This document shows positions 13,481 through 29,914 of a stretch of 64,000 bases of DNA, piece after piece (the first letter of the stretch is position 1; every line of letters begins with the position of its first letter). Source of the DNA: the human T2T-CHM13v2.0 reference genome, Homo sapiens. The translations under genes and the position numbers were made by a program. The notes beneath the pieces were generated by a model. That model was not told where the DNA came from and did not search any database. It saw nothing but the letters and a program-made list of their open reading frames with translations. The DNA lies in NCBI RefSeq assembly GCF_009914755.1, contig NC_060937.1, one strand, 5' to 3'.

Positions 13481-13740
13481 TGTCAAGAAATCTAACAGGA
13501 CTCAGATTTTATCCTGCTTGAAGCCTAACAAGTTAATACGCCCCAGTTTCATGGATGCTAGCATAAGACAAAGACTCTGGAGGTAGAGCAAAGGACATCA
13601 TTGCAGCAGAGCACAGCAAATATCATGCACCTCCTATTCTTATCAGTTCCCCTTATTCCCCAAGAACCATAGGGGAAAGATACATGGTAAGCCCAGATGG
13701 CATTCCCAGATGCACCCAGATTGTATATAAAGTGTACTTC
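13481..13740 (-). mobile_element. ERVL LTR fragment, LTR40/LTR47-like
   Basis: tgtcaagaa...cagattttatcctgcttgaagcctaacaagtta...cagtttcatggatgct is the reverse complement of the recalled LTR40-type 3' end. Confidence 0.6.
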
Positions 13741-15099
13741 CTTGACAGAGAGAAATAATTATCTTCGAGAATGCAAGTCTTCTAGGTTGGACATTTTAAC
13801 TGTGCACTTGGCTAGTTTATTTTGAAGATATATCTTATTTTATTACACATATGAGGTTTTTGCTAGAAATGATATATTATTATAAAAATTTTTTAGAATC
13901 TGTGAAAATTTGAGTGAAGGAACAATCTGGTTTTCCCTCATGTTTTATCTGGAAAGACTTAAAACACACCAAGGCCAAATTGGAAACTAAGTCGAATGGT
14001 TAAGATACCATATTATAAATATGGAGATCTTAAATAGAAAATTAAATAAGCTGTTAAGGTACTGGTAATCAATGGGTGTTTAAGACCTCGGAAATTATTT
14101 TAAGTATATGATTTTATAATCAAATGTTTCTTGAAGAATAAAAGGACCTCCATCTTTAATGTTTTTCTGTCTCTTACATATGGGTATAATCCTGTCTGTT
14201 TTTACATTCATTATTGAGACTTCTTAATTTATTCAGTATGAACACACATTTTATTTAGTACCATAATATATTTTTTAAGTAATGTGTTTTTAGTTTAGTC
14301 ATGTTAAAATATTATTGAGTATATTTTAAACAATGGTTTTTTATATGATTTTGAAATATTGACAGCAGTATAAAATTAATTTTTTAAGTATGTGTTCTAT
14401 GGAGGAAAAAATACAGGATAAAAGCAATTTCACATTTTCAATAAGTGCTTTTATTTCTTATTTATTTCTAATAAAATAAAGCATAAAATAAATCTTATAC
14501 TTCTGAAAAAGTAACTTTCTAAACACATTATCAAGGTAAAAACATAAAATAGTTTAGTAAAGGATTCTTTTTTATTTTTCAGATTTGTTAAATATATAAA
14601 CCATATGATTAGAGTGTAAATTCTTCGTTATAATTTCATAAACACATGTCTAAAAATGATTTACATCAATTTCTCATTATTCATAGAATTAAAATTGTAG
14701 CAATAATTAAAAAGTAAAAACTAAACAAACAATAGGACCAATAACAATAAAGCAATATTCTCTCTTACTCTGATACCAGTCTGATGAACATTACCTGCAG
14801 ATTTTGAATGAAAAAACAATAGCTGGGAAAGTATATGATTTGATGAAAAAAATATTTTTTAAAAGAGAGTAGCTCAGAATCAGTACTTTGTAGGTATAGT
14901 ATACTCCATACCATCATCTTTCTATCAAAATTATATTCTAAATAGATGAGTCTGCAATGCTTGAAAAAGCTGTCAGTATTTTACTATCTGAGACATAAAA
15001 TCTCATCAAGTTCTAAAGGAAGACAGTATAATTTAGCTACTTGCAATGTATCACCCCTATTATACAATATGCATTTAAAAAATACTGGACATCTACTGA

Positions 15100-16560
<1,461 letters not shown>

Positions 16561-18269
16561 ATTGCATGTGAAGATTTTGACACGTACAGATAGCATACAT
16601 TACTCCAAAAGAATGCTTTTAGAAAATCATTTTCTCCTTTAAGTTAATGTAAGTTCTCTCAAATTATCTGCTTTTGAATAAATATGTAACTATGCAGAGA
16701 GATACTCTGCCCACCAAAGGAATGCCATTCATCAGTTAGCTGCTGATTAGAGTGAGTAAGAGATATACTATTTGACAAAGCATGTTGATTTTATGACATC
16801 ATTGAATCCCACCATGCAGCCAGTATGGTAACTAATGACTTTGATAAAGTGTTAAAGGAAAAAAAAAAGATTGAAGAGATTTGAATGAGTTGATTTTGGA
16901 CCCAGGGCAGTAAAACAAACTTAAAAAAAAATTCCTCAATTTGAGAAATAAAAATGATTAAAATCAAATAAGAAATTCTTATTTTCATTTATTTCCACTT
17001 CATGTTTATTTTATTCCGCTGGCTATTGGAAATCAACTTGAACTAGGTTCTTTATTTAGTTACCAGTATCTGCAGTGTATATGCTTGTCTCTGAGGTGTT
17101 CTGCATTTCTGAATTATTTAGTGTTAAATAATACACAAGTTATGAGTTAGACTTTTTACTTGAATAAACAATTTTGTAAAAAAAAAATTAATGGCAAACT
17201 ATAGCTTCAAAAGCTTGTTATAATTACAATTTTCTAAAATATACGTTTTAGGCTTCTGGAATTCCTAATATCACAAAACCAGTTAGTAGAATACAAACAG
17301 CTCAAATTCATGTCTTATTTTCAAAATAAATGCTACAAGGACATAAAAATGTTTGCATGTAGTTCAGGGAAATTTGGATGAAAATTTTATATATTACAAA
17401 ACAAACTAAAAAGTAATGAATTAGCCATATAATTCACTAAAAAACATTTTAATGAACTTTGTAAATAATTATTTCAATTCTTTACTTCACTGAGAATGTG
17501 CAAACAAAATCCTAGGAGTAAGAAAGTGAAGATAACAAGTAATTGTGTAATATATACATCCATTCATAGATTTGAGAGTTTTACTTTTCTTAGCATATAT
17601 AAACTGTTTGGTATTTTATTTCATATGCTAGCAAAATTTAAGTTTCTGGTTTTTATAAACTGGCTTATAAAAAGGCTCAGAAATTCCATGGACGTCAAAT
17701 ACCTTTTAAAACACTGTACTTTTAGGAACTGAGTGTAAACGAATCAAAACTGTATGGCTATCATTTCCTCCAAATGAAATGCACATGTTGGAAACACAAA
17801 AGAAGAAGTCCTGAACAGAACTCCTGTAAAAATAGCCTCTAGGTTTCTACAGTTGATCTGATTTTTTTCTGGTACTGAGAAAATACAGACCAACAGGGAG
17901 ACCTGCTGCTGTTCTTCCTAGATTGAAGGTCTACTTGCTGAAGATTTAGGGAAATGGATGAAAATTTTTAGTAATTTCATTTCATCAAATTGCTTATCTT
18001 TATAGATTGTGCCTGTGTAAAACAAATGCTTCCAGCCATTTTCTTCTTTATAGTTAGAGTAGCTATAATCAGAACATGAAAAGAAATGTGTGGTGTGAGC
18101 ACGATTTGGAGTGAGAAAGACATTTAGAATAAGATAGGCCCTCAATATTACTGGAAACAAAACTTTAATGAAAACTCTATTTAAAATTCTTCCTGTGGTA
18201 AATATGTTTCACTCTGTAAAATGAATGTCTATATACACATGCCCCTTAGTTTATTCCTTCCAAAATGAA

Positions 18270-20040
18270 TGTTTATTTATTTTTGCTTTAGGTGCCTGTG
18301 CTTTTGAGGTCATATAAAAAAATCATTGCTCAGATCAGTGTCAATATATTTTTTTTTTGCTGTGGTTTCTTCTAATAGTTTTGAAGTTTCAGGTCTTATG
18401 TTAAGTCTTTAATCCATTTTGAGTGCATTTTTAAATATGGTTGGGAGATAATTGCCCAATTTCATTCTTCTGCATGTGGACAGACAGTTGTCTCAACACC
18501 ACTATTGAACAGACTGTATTTCTCCATTGCATGGTCTTGGCTCATTTATTAAAGATCAACTGACTATATATATATGGATTTATTTCTGGGCTCTTCTACT
18601 CTATTGCATTGGTCTATATGCCTGTTTTTATGCCAGTACTATACTGTTTGATTAGCATAGCTTTATAGAGTGTTTTGAAATCAGCTAGTAGGATGCCTCC
18701 AGCTTTATTCTTTTTGCTCAAGACTGCTATGTCTTTTGGGGCCTCTTGTGATACTACATGAATTGTAGGATTTTTTTTTTCCTATTTCTATAAAATATGT
18801 TTTTAGAATTTTGATAGAAATTGCATTCGATCATTAGATTGCTTTGGGTAATATGGACATTTTAACAATACAAATTCTTCCAATCTGAGAACATGAGATA
18901 AATTCCCATTTGTTTCTGTCTTCAATTTATTTCATCAATGTTTTATAGTTTTTAGTGTACAGATCTTTCACATCATGGGTTAAATTTATTTATGAGTATT
19001 TTTATGCTGTTAATGAGACTTTTTCAATTTCTTTATTGTTACTGTGCAGAACACTATTGATTTTGGTATGTTAATTTGTATCCTGAAACTGAATTTGTTT
19101 ACTAGTTCTAAAATTTTTTGATGGAGTCACATGTAAGATCAGGACATGTATAAACAGGGACAATTTAACCTTTTCCTTTCTAATTTGAGTAACTTTTATT
19201 TTTCTTGCACAACTACTCTGGCAAGTACATCTAACACTTTGTTGAATAGAAGTGGTGAAAGTGAGGGGCATTCGTGCCTTGGTCTTGATCTTGAAGAAAA
19301 GCTTTCAGCTTTCACCATTGAGTATTATGTTTAGCTGTGGGCTTGTCATATTTGGCCTTTATTATGTTGAAGTACATTCCTTCTAACCTAGTTTGTTGAG
19401 TAATTTTATCTTAAAATGATGTTGGATTTTGTCAATGCCTTTTCTGCATCCATTGAGATGACTGTATTATTTTTACTTTTCATTCTTTTAATGTGGTGTA
19501 TCACATTTACTGATTTGCATATGTTGAACTCTCTTTGCGTCCTTGGAATAAATCCCACCTGATCATGTGTACGATTCTTTTAACGTGCTGTTGAATTTGG
19601 TTAGCCAGTAGTTAAGAATTTTTATATCCAAGTTCATCAGTAATATTAACCAGTCATTTTTTCTTGTAATGTCCTTGTTTGGCTTTGGTGTCAGGGTAAT
19701 GCTGGCCACATAAAATGAGTTTTCAAGTGTTCCCTTTTCTCCAATTTATTGCAAGAGTTTGAGAAGGATTGGTGTTAATTCTTTAAAGGTTTGTTGGAAT
19801 TCACCGTTGAAGGCATCAGGTCCTTGGCTTATTTTCTTGAGAATTTTTTGATTACCAATTCAATCTCTACTCATTCATTATTGGTCTGTTCAGATTTTCT
19901 GTTTCCTCATGATTCAGTCTTGAGAGGTTTTATGTTTCTAGGAATTTATCCATTCATTTTAGGTTATCAAATGTATTGGAATACAAGTGTTTATAGTAGC
20001 TCATTTTATTCTTGGTGTTTCTGCGGTATCAGTTGTAATA
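18270..20040 (-). mobile_element. L1M(A) internal ORF2 fragment
   Basis: Antisense L1 ORF2 phrases (tttcattcttctgcatgtgga, atatggacattttaacaata, ggctttggtgtcagggtaatgctggcc). The minus-strand ORF contains KEKVKLSLF. Confidence 0.9.
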
Positions 20041-21009
20041 TCTACCATAGCATCCCATTCTCAATTATAAGTATATTGTCTTTTATAATTGGGTTAGAAT
20101 ATATAGAAGAATAATCTAAATGTACAGTTAACTTTTTTGCTTTAATGCTTCCAAACATCCAGATTCAATCAATATTTGTGGTTCACTACTTTCTAAGAGT
20201 TGCGTAATGTGTTTTCATATTCATTATGTTATTTCTACCCACAACCCAGAAAGGCCAATAATCAAATTTTAATAGTATAAATTATAATATTGAAGTTCAG
20301 ATTGATTAAATGATATATAAAAATTTACAGATAAAGTGAATAGCAAGAACTCAAATTCTGATATTCTGAATACAAGAAACATGTTTCTTTTATGGCATCA
20401 TCCTAAAAAACACACAAGGCAATTGGTAGAATAAAATACATTGCTAGCTGTTTGAATTTCACTAAAGTTGAAATTTTATTAGGTATTTCATTTGGTTTTT
20501 GAATATATTTCATTTAAAAGCACTAAAAATATAGCCCATAAAACAGCAATTGTTTACCCCATTAAACAATCAAACCAAAAGTATTTTAAACAAACTTGAA
20601 GTACTAACAAATTCCGAAAGTAAAAAGTATAAACATTAAAAAACCTCCTACTCTCAATGACATTTAAATAACCTTGATTAATATATTGGCTTTTTTTTTC
20701 TCCTGAGTTTATGCTTTGCAAAACTTTTTATCTTCCTATTTCAGTTGATTCACTCACCACACTTTGAAATATATATTCATGGTTAATTAGCTATGAGTCA
20801 AAAATTGGGGACAGCAAAATAATTTTGCAAAACAATCACATTTTAAAATCAGCTTTTTGATAAATCACCTTCAAAATATGTAACATTTTTAATCTGATAA
20901 ATTAGTTGTCTGTTTAAAGTACATTAATTAGATCTATTTCTAAGCTTTTTAATTAATGTATTTATTATTATTTATATTTTCAAACTGGTTTTGCTGAAAT
21001 ACTTTGTGT

Positions 21010-22450
21010 GTATCAGCAACCTCATATTTGAATACCTAATATATTCTAAGCTCTATGTTACAGAATGGTGATGCAAATAAATGATTTTGCACACACACAA
21101 ATAATAAGATATAGGGCTTGTGGTAGGACTTAAAATAGGAATAAATAGAAACCACAAAACACTATTGCATGGTAAGAAACAAATAAGTAGACAGATGCAA
21201 TGTGACCTAAGAGTTTAGAGAAGAGACAATTGTCTACTAGGGTAGCAACAGAGGTTTTATGGAGATGCTTGGGCTTAATACAAATCTTGATTGAAAAAAA
21301 ATCTCAGTAATTGGAAAAAATAAGAGCTACTTTTCCAGAGGGAAAAAAATATTTATGTGACCAAAAGTAAAGGGTAGAGTGAACATGGAATATCTGGACA
21401 AGGGTGGCCCAATAACCCATGTGGGTTTAAAGGAAGATGTTGCACAGCAATAATTGAGGAATAATTTGGCACATATGGAGGGCTTTTGTTAGAACAATTC
21501 ATACAGGATTGTCTAGAGAATATATGGCCTTAAAATATTTCAAGAAGAGTAATACTGCTGCATTACTGAAAAGCGGTATTTTTTAAAATTAATGAAGTAA
21601 GGACATGCTATAGTGTGGATGTTTGTCTCCCAAAACTCATGTTGAAATTTTATCCCCAGTGTTAGATGTGGAGCCTAACGGGAGGTGTTTTGTCCATGGA
21701 GGCAAATTCCTCATGAACGTCTTGGTACACTCCTTGCTGTAGTGAGTGGGTCGTTACTCTGTCAGTACCCTGGAGAGCTGGTTGTTTAAAAAAGCATGGA
21801 ATCTCCTGCCTCTCTCTCTTGCTAGCTCTCTTGCCCATAAGGTTTCTGCATATGCTGGCTCCCTTATGCCTTCTGCCATGAGTGGAAGCAGTGTGAGACC
21901 CTCATCAAAACCATATGTGGACAGCATGCATCTTGTACAGCCTGCAAAAACATGAGACACTTTTTCCTATAAATTACCCAGACTCAGGCATTCCTTTATG
22001 GCAACACAAATTGTCTAAGACAGGAATTGTAGAAGAGAAAGTATGGTGGAAAAACTAGATACTGAGAATCTTTCCTGTAGGAAAGCAGCTAACAAAATTA
22101 AAAAAAAAACAAAAAAACAAAACAAAACAAAAAAAAGATATGAGCTGTTGAGTAGAGCTGATAGTGAACAATAACAGAAAGAGAACATATAGAAAAAGGG
22201 AAGAAAAATTGACAGTGATTGTTAGAATGCTGTTAGCCAGAGGCTTTGGGAGACATATCATTAGCCTTAATCATTGGACAAGCAGTGATAGAATTGTTGG
22301 AATTTTGATAAAGCAGACTTTGTCTTCTTTGTCCCTTCTTTAAACTGCCACAGAACACTTTGAATTCAAATTGACAACACTTTAAGGCACAAGTGGAACT
22401 TTTCAACAAGCATTTTGAGTGACAGAGGAGTGTAGGAGATACTGAGTTAG
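21010..22450 (-). mobile_element. Highly decayed L2 fragment, split by an MST LTR
   Basis: Starts with an L2 3'-end-like phrase (atttgaatacctaatatattctaagctctatgtta) and continues as purine-rich sequence. Confidence 0.4.
21606..22022 (+). mobile_element. MaLR solo LTR, MSTB-like
   Basis: tgctatagtgtggatgtttgtc...aaactcatgttgaaatt ... ataaattacccagactcagg...ctaagaca. Confidence 0.88.
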
Positions 22451-22589
22451 AGCCACTCATGAGTAAATTCCTCTAGAAGTGAATGTTTACATTGTGAGAT
22501 AAGCTTGCCATTTATAATAGAAATGGAAATATTATGGCTTTTGAGCAGTGAAACAATAGGGCCAGCAAAGTAAAAGGAGAATGGAAAAG

Positions 22590-22830
22590 GCATGGTAGGA
22601 ATTATGAGGCAGCCTTTGGAGTCAAGTTGCCTGGGTTCCAATTTTAACTCCACCACCTCTTAGAATACGGTCTTGTACAAGTTACTCAACTTCTTTGTGT
22701 GAGTTTCCTCATCCCTAAACTGAGGATAATATCAGTTAAGTATTTCATGAAGTTGAGATTAGGCTTAGCTGCTTTAATACATACAAAGCACTCATAACAA
22801 TGTCAGGCTCATGAAAAAGACTCATGAAAT
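22590..22830 (+). mobile_element. MIR SINE
   Basis: ctttggagtcaag..cctgggttccaat and the core acaagttactcaacttctttgtgtgagtttcctcatc. Confidence 0.8.
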
Positions 22831-25800
22831 CTTCTTTACACACACCAAAAAAACTGAGGTGAATTTCAAAAGGAAAAGAGGTATTCAATACCATTGGCAG
22901 TGAGGAAAAGCTATTCTTTCAAAAAAAATTTTTAATAAGTAAAACATCAAACACTTTTCTCTTAATTTTTGAAAAAGAAGCATGAAGAAACAACATAATT
23001 GGCAACGATGATGGGTAGACAGGAGCTTATAGTAATTTTAATAATATTTTAATTAAATTTAACATTAAATCGACTTTAAATTTAATATAGATTTTAATAA
23101 TAATTTTAATAAGGAAGCATATTTACAAAGATCTTTAGATATGTATTTTTACAACATGTCTTTTTCAGTTCTTTTAAAATAGCTTTCAGTAATTGTTCAT
23201 TTAGTTTGGTGTTTAGAGAAGCGGTACTATAAAATCCCTAAATTATATAGTTTTAGCTTAAAAGACCTACTAATAAGGCTAGATATATATTGACTGGGTA
23301 AATACACCTGACATTCTGAATTTAAGGAATGATCCATCCTTCCTTTCCTGCTTATGGCAGTTGATTCATATTATAAAATTCATCAATCATCTGTCCAAAA
23401 AATATCAAAGCAATACACATTTCTTGCATGAACATCATGAAAGAGACATTGCACAATTTCTACGAAAAGATAGAGAATTTTGTATTCAATCACTGACAAG
23501 AATGTCTATTTCTATAGGGGTCACAAAATAAACCTTGTGCATAGTAAATAACAATAACTCATTTAGTTGAGAGCTTGGCAATAATGAAGCATCTTAAACA
23601 TATATACAATTTATAAGAAGTAGTTAAGGAATGGAAAAGAAGGAAACACTTCATGTTTTGAAGTGTACTCCATATAATTTTGACAGAACAAATGAGTCTT
23701 AGTTTGACCTCAGACGCGGGACTGAGTCTGATCAGACAGAGAAAAGAAATGGGGATTGTCCAGGAGATAATATGACATAAAGATGATTAAAAACCATGGA
23801 TTTCACAGAGGAGTGCTTTGCCAAAAATTATCTTATCATGTATATACATATATATGACATATGTATGAGATATATATATATATATAAATGAGATGTAAAT
23901 AAATTAGATTTATACATATAAAACTTTACACTTTGACATTGGTCCTTTACTCTCTCCCTAACAAAGTAAAGACATTTCTTAATGCCTTTCATTAGTCTAC
24001 AATTATTATTAAATAAAAATCAGGTATACATTTAGAAATAAGTAACAGACATTTATTTGTCAGCAAAATATCAAATAGCTAAAACAATTTTCAACATATG
24101 GAGTATTTAAACCTATTCACTGTAAAATGTCCACTTCACATGACCCTGAGAAAGGTTAGCTTTTGTCGCCTTATGCTGGAGATGTTCATAATGTCAATAA
24201 TAATGGTCTACTCTTGATGCATAGACAACTAAGATTAGTTGCTTCTGAATTTTGCACTTGCTATAATCTAGCACTGAAAACATGTTTCTATTGTAATTTA
24301 AATTTAATGGAATATAAACTCATCAAATACTGTCAAAGTCTCATTATTTGGCTTGTTGCAGAAAAGGCTGATGATTACCACTGAACATATTTGTATATTT
24401 TAATTGCTATTTATCTCAAAACTTTCAACTGTGTATAAAAACAAAGGAAAACAATTAAAATATCAGCAGAGGTTGGCAGAGCAGAGTGGATAGCTATTGT
24501 CAGCAATAAACTATCAACACAGTCAGTAATAGGAAAATGTACTATGGTCCAGTAATCATGTGAGAAGAAAGAGTGTGTAGTCATTTTTCTCATAAATTAA
24601 TGCCTCCCAGAAATTTCCATAGTGTTCTAAGTTTATTAGTATGCGACATACAAACTCATGTGTGTATGACAGTATGGGGTGTGTACATACGTGCACATAC
24701 AGACATATATGTATCTTAATATTGGCTGCTTCTTATTTTTCAGCAGCTCATTTGAGATAGTCACTTTTTAAAGAGAAATTTGAACAAATCACAGAAGAAA
24801 CTGATAATCTCCTTCCCTCTTTGACCAACCTTTCAAAGACGCCACGTCTGTAAAGTAGCAAATGGCAGTAATTGGAAGTCTACCTCCAGGACAAAACTAC
24901 CTCTTGCTTGATTTTGGACTCATATCTATTTATTTACTTATTATTAATTTATGAACCTATATTATCTGAACTAAGATTTCAGAGTAATTAACTTGGGGAG
25001 TTGAAGCTATATTTATTATTTCATTTATTCCATGTGGATTTCTTCTACACATAAACATCCCACTCACAGACTGGCAATTCTCAGTGGTGAAAGGGAAGTT
25101 ATGCCAAGAAGATGATGTGATTATGGCAGTGTTTCCTGGAAAATATTTGTGGTTTTAAAACCAGCTGATTTTTCTTAGGAAAGGAAAAACTGTGGACACT
25201 TTCCCTTGTGCCACAAAGGTTAAGGTTGGTTAACGTAAATTTCAAACTGACTCTTTTATATAGTTCCAGGCTTGATGGACAATGGGTGCCAGTATTTGAA
25301 TAACTGGAATATAGATAATGTGTCAAAAGTATTATAAAACTATATTATAGAATATGATGCTGGTCTTTTACCACAATGAAACCGTAGGTCAGTGCTTTTT
25401 CACTTTGATCAATAAATCAAAACTGGGGAAATCATAAGTTTACCATGCCTCCCCCCTCTGCCCTCCTAGTTATCTGTTGTAATGGGTAGTATTTTCAACC
25501 AATACTAAAATGACACTGAGTTCTATAGGGCAATAGAAAAAATGCAAAAACTGGTTTATTGAAACCACATACTATAATGAGGTCAGAAAGAGAGAAAGTT
25601 TATTTGCATTAAATGAATAAAGCAAATGTAGGTTTCTATCACCCCTGCATCACAGTGCAATGAAATTAAGAAATGTTTCATTATAGCACCACAACAACAG
25701 TTAAAAAATATGTTGATGTTGAGAACCAGAGATATTTCTCTCATATTTCTAAAGAAGACATATGATACATATGATATAATATTGGAACATGCCCAGAAAA

Positions 25801-26059
25801 TTATTCTTAGTTTCAATCTAGTAATTGTTACTTTAGAGCTCTTCCCTATAATACTCATTAACATCAAACATAGCAAATCAGTTTTAACTTATTAAAAATA
25901 AATTATGTGTATATCATAACTGTAATCTAGTTAATTCCAGGTTTTACATGATGTATAATAATAGATCCCAGGATTTGTGACATCAGGGAACAGTAACATT
26001 GAATTTTAATTATGAAAGAAGTCAATAGAATGGCCAAGAAGGGACACAGAAATATATTT

Positions 26060-26200
26060 AATATATATATTATATATATATAGTAGACATATATCTATAG
26101 TAGATACATGTATATATAGTATTCTACTATATATACATAGTAAATATAGATATATAGTAGATATATATGGTAGAGATATATATGGTAGCTACATAGGTAG
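26060..26200. repeat. TA-rich low-complexity tract containing a 14-bp-arm hairpin (26108-26138)
   Basis: atgtatatatagta-ttc-tactatatatacat. Confidence 0.85.
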
Positions 26201-26373
26201 TCTCTAAAATCATTACCTTTGTTAAGGAAAATGGAGATGGCTTTATTATACATAGTTTTATCTGGTTGATTTATTGCCTTATTTTCTTTTAAATGCTGTG
26301 CTCCTCTCCTTTGCACTATCTTCATTTTTATGTGCTTAATTTGAATTAATTTTTGTTTTATTTTACTTACAGG

Positions 26374-28756
26374 TATATTAGTCTGTTCTCACACTGCTAT
26401 AAAGAACTACCTGAGACTGGGTAATTTTTTAAAAAAAGAGCTTTAATTAACTCACAGTTCTGCAGGCTGTACAGGAAGCATGGCTGGAGAGACCTCAGGA
26501 AACTTACAATTATGATAGAAGGAAAAGGGGAAGTAGGCACATCTTCACAATGGTGAGGCAGGAGAGAGAGGAGGGCAAAGGAGGAAGTGCTACAGACTTT
26601 CAAACAACCAGGTCTCATGAGAGCTCACCTCACTATCATGAGAACAACTGCAGACAACCACCCCCATGATCCAATCACCTCAGGCCTCCCACAACATTGA
26701 GGATTATAATTTAATGAGAGATTTGGCTGGGAACACAGAGCCAAACAATATCATTCTGCCCCAGGCCCCTCCCAAATCTCATGTACTTCTCACATTTTAA
26801 AACATAATCATGCCTTCACAACAGTCTGCCAAGTCTTAGTTCATTTCAGCATTAACTCGAAAGTCCCAAGTCCAATCTCATTTGAGACAAGGCAAGTCCC
26901 TTCCATCCATGAGCCTGTAAAATAAAAAAGAAGTTAGTTACTTCCAAGATACAATGGGCGTAAAAGCATTGGGTAAATGTTCTCATTCCAAGAGGGAGAA
27001 ATCAGCCAAAACAAAGGGGTACAGGCCCTATATAAGTACAAAACCCAGCAGGGGAGTCATTAAATCTTAAAGCTCCAAAATAATCTCCTTTTACTTTATG
27101 TCTTATATCAGGTCCACACTGATGAAAAAGGTGGGCTCCCAAGGCCTTGGGCAGCTGCTTCCCTGTGGCTCTGCAGGGTACAGCACCTGAGGCTGCCTTC
27201 ACAGGCTGGCATTAAGTGCCTGCAGCTTGTCCTGGCACACAGTGCAAGTTGTTGGTGGATCTACCATTCTGGGGTCTGAAGGATAGTGGCCATCTTCTCA
27301 CAGCTTCACTAGGCAGTGCCCCAGTGGGAACTCTGTGTTGGGTCTTCAATCCCATATTTTCCCTCCACACTGCCCTAGTAGAGGTTCTCCATGAGGGCTC
27401 TGCTCCTGCAGCATACTTCTCCCTGGACATCCAGTTGTTTCCATACACCCTCTGAAATCTAGGCAGAGGCTCCCAAACCTCAATTCTTGCCTTCTGTGCA
27501 CCCTCAGGCCCAACACCATGTGGAAGACACTAAGACTTGGGACTTGCACCCTCTGAAGCAATGGCCCAAGCTGTACCTTGGTCCCTTTTCACCATTGCTG
27601 GAGCTGGGGTGGCTGGGAAGCAGAGCATTGTGTCCCAAGGCTGCACAGAGCAGTGAGGCCCTGGGCCTAGCGCATGAAACCATTTTCCCTTCCAGGCCTC
27701 CAGGCCTATATGGGTGGGGCTGCTGGAAAAGTCTCTGAAATGCCCTGGAAACATTTTCCCCATTGTCTTGGCAATTAACATTTGGACCCTCTTTACTCAT
27801 GTAAATTACTGCAGGTGGCTTGAATTTCTCCCCAGAAAATGGGCTTTTCTTTTCTACTGCATGATCAGGCTACAAGTTTTCCAAACTTTTATACTCTACT
27901 TCCCTTTTAAATGTAAGTTCCAACTTCAGACCTTCTCTTTGTGAATGCATATAAGAACATGCTGTTAGACGCAGCCAGCTTACTTCTTGAACACTTGGCT
28001 GTTTAGACATTTTTTCCAACAGATACCCTAAATCATCTCTCTCAAGTTAAAAAATTCCACAGATGTTTAGAGCAGTGACACAATGTCGTTAGTCTCTTTG
28101 CTAAAGCATAGCAAGAGTGGCGTTTACTCCAGTTCCCAATAAATTCCTAATCTCCATCTGGGACCTCATCAGCTTGGCCATCTCTGTCTATATCACTATT
28201 AACATTTTGGTCAAAACCATTCAACAAGTTTCTAGGAAGTTCCAAACCTTCCCTCATCATCCTCTTTTTCTGAGTCCCCCAAACTACTCCCATTACTCAA
28301 TTGCAAAGCTGCTTCCACATTTTCAGCTATATTTAAAGCAATGCACTACTTATCTGGTAGCGATTTTCTGTATTAATCCTTTCTCATACCACTATAAAGA
28401 ACTACTCTTAGACTGGGTAATTTATGAAGAGAATAGGTTTAATTTGACCCACAGTTCTGCAGGCTGTACCAGAAGCATGACTGTGGAGGCCTCAGGAAAC
28501 TTATAATTATGGTGGAAAGTGAAGGGGAGGCAGGCACATCTTCATAATGGCGAAGCAGGAGAGAGAGAGAGAGAGAGAGAATAGAGAGAAAGTCCTACAC
28601 ATTTCCAAACAACTAGATCTCATGAGAACTCACTCACTATCATGAGTACAACAAGGGGGAAACTGGCCCCATGATCCAAACACCTCCCACCAGGTCTCTT
28701 CCCAATATTGAGGATTACAATTCAATGTGTGATTTAGTTGGAGCCAGACGAATTCA
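26374..28756 (-). mobile_element. Complete MaLR provirus, THE1D-like (LTR 26374-26753, internal 26754-28368, LTR 28369-28756)
   Basis: Two same-orientation THE1D-type LTRs flank about 1.6 kb of THE1-int. TSD acagg (26369-26373) / gcagg (28757-28761). Confidence 0.93.
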
Positions 28757-29459
28757 GCAGGATAGGTATTTTTCCTTTCACATGTATTTAATTTAAATGC
28801 TATTCCAATTTTTGTGTTTTGTTGTACTAATACTGTGTTTAGAGGTTCAATATTTTTCTTCATTGACAAAAAAATCAGACCCTTGTTAATGTTTCCATTA
28901 GTTTGAACATATCTGCTTACAAAAATAATCAAAGTATTATATTTTCCTCATATTTCTCATTTTACCTTGAGTCAATGGATACTTTTTTTTAATGGAATGG
29001 CTCTGTCCCATGTTTCGTTGCTTGGAAAACACTGGATTTTGGAATAAATTCCTCTGTATCATTCAGTTAATGCTTCATAAACATACTTATGTTCGCTAAA
29101 TGTTTGATTAACTGATGTAAACTGTATGGCTACATAACTGAATAGTTAACTCTATGATTTTAAAGCTGGAGAAACCTTAAAATGAGGGCTTATCTAAGAA
29201 TATTTCTTTTTGATCAGTGATTGGTCTGACATTGGAATGGTATGGCAGTACCCCTCTTTCCAATATTTGTACTGCCAAATCTTTAGAGTGCTGTTTATCT
29301 TGCGTTTTTCCTTCAGGCTTAAAGCAAGTCTTCAAAACACATGTTATCCAGGCATACTGCATTATTTGGCCCAGGCATCTGGGTCTTTGTAAAATAAAAC
29401 TAAGTTACAATTAAAACTGAAAATACAAGTAAATGGACATTACAGTTTTGCCACTCTAG

Positions 29460-29914
<455 letters not shown>

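Noticed and set aside
23030-23112. AT-only inverted and direct repeats
   Set aside because: Low complexity; 11-bp A/T arms are expected by chance.
26754-28506. ORFs in the THE1 internal region
   Set aside because: They are fragments of the decayed MaLR internal sequence, with no continuous frame.
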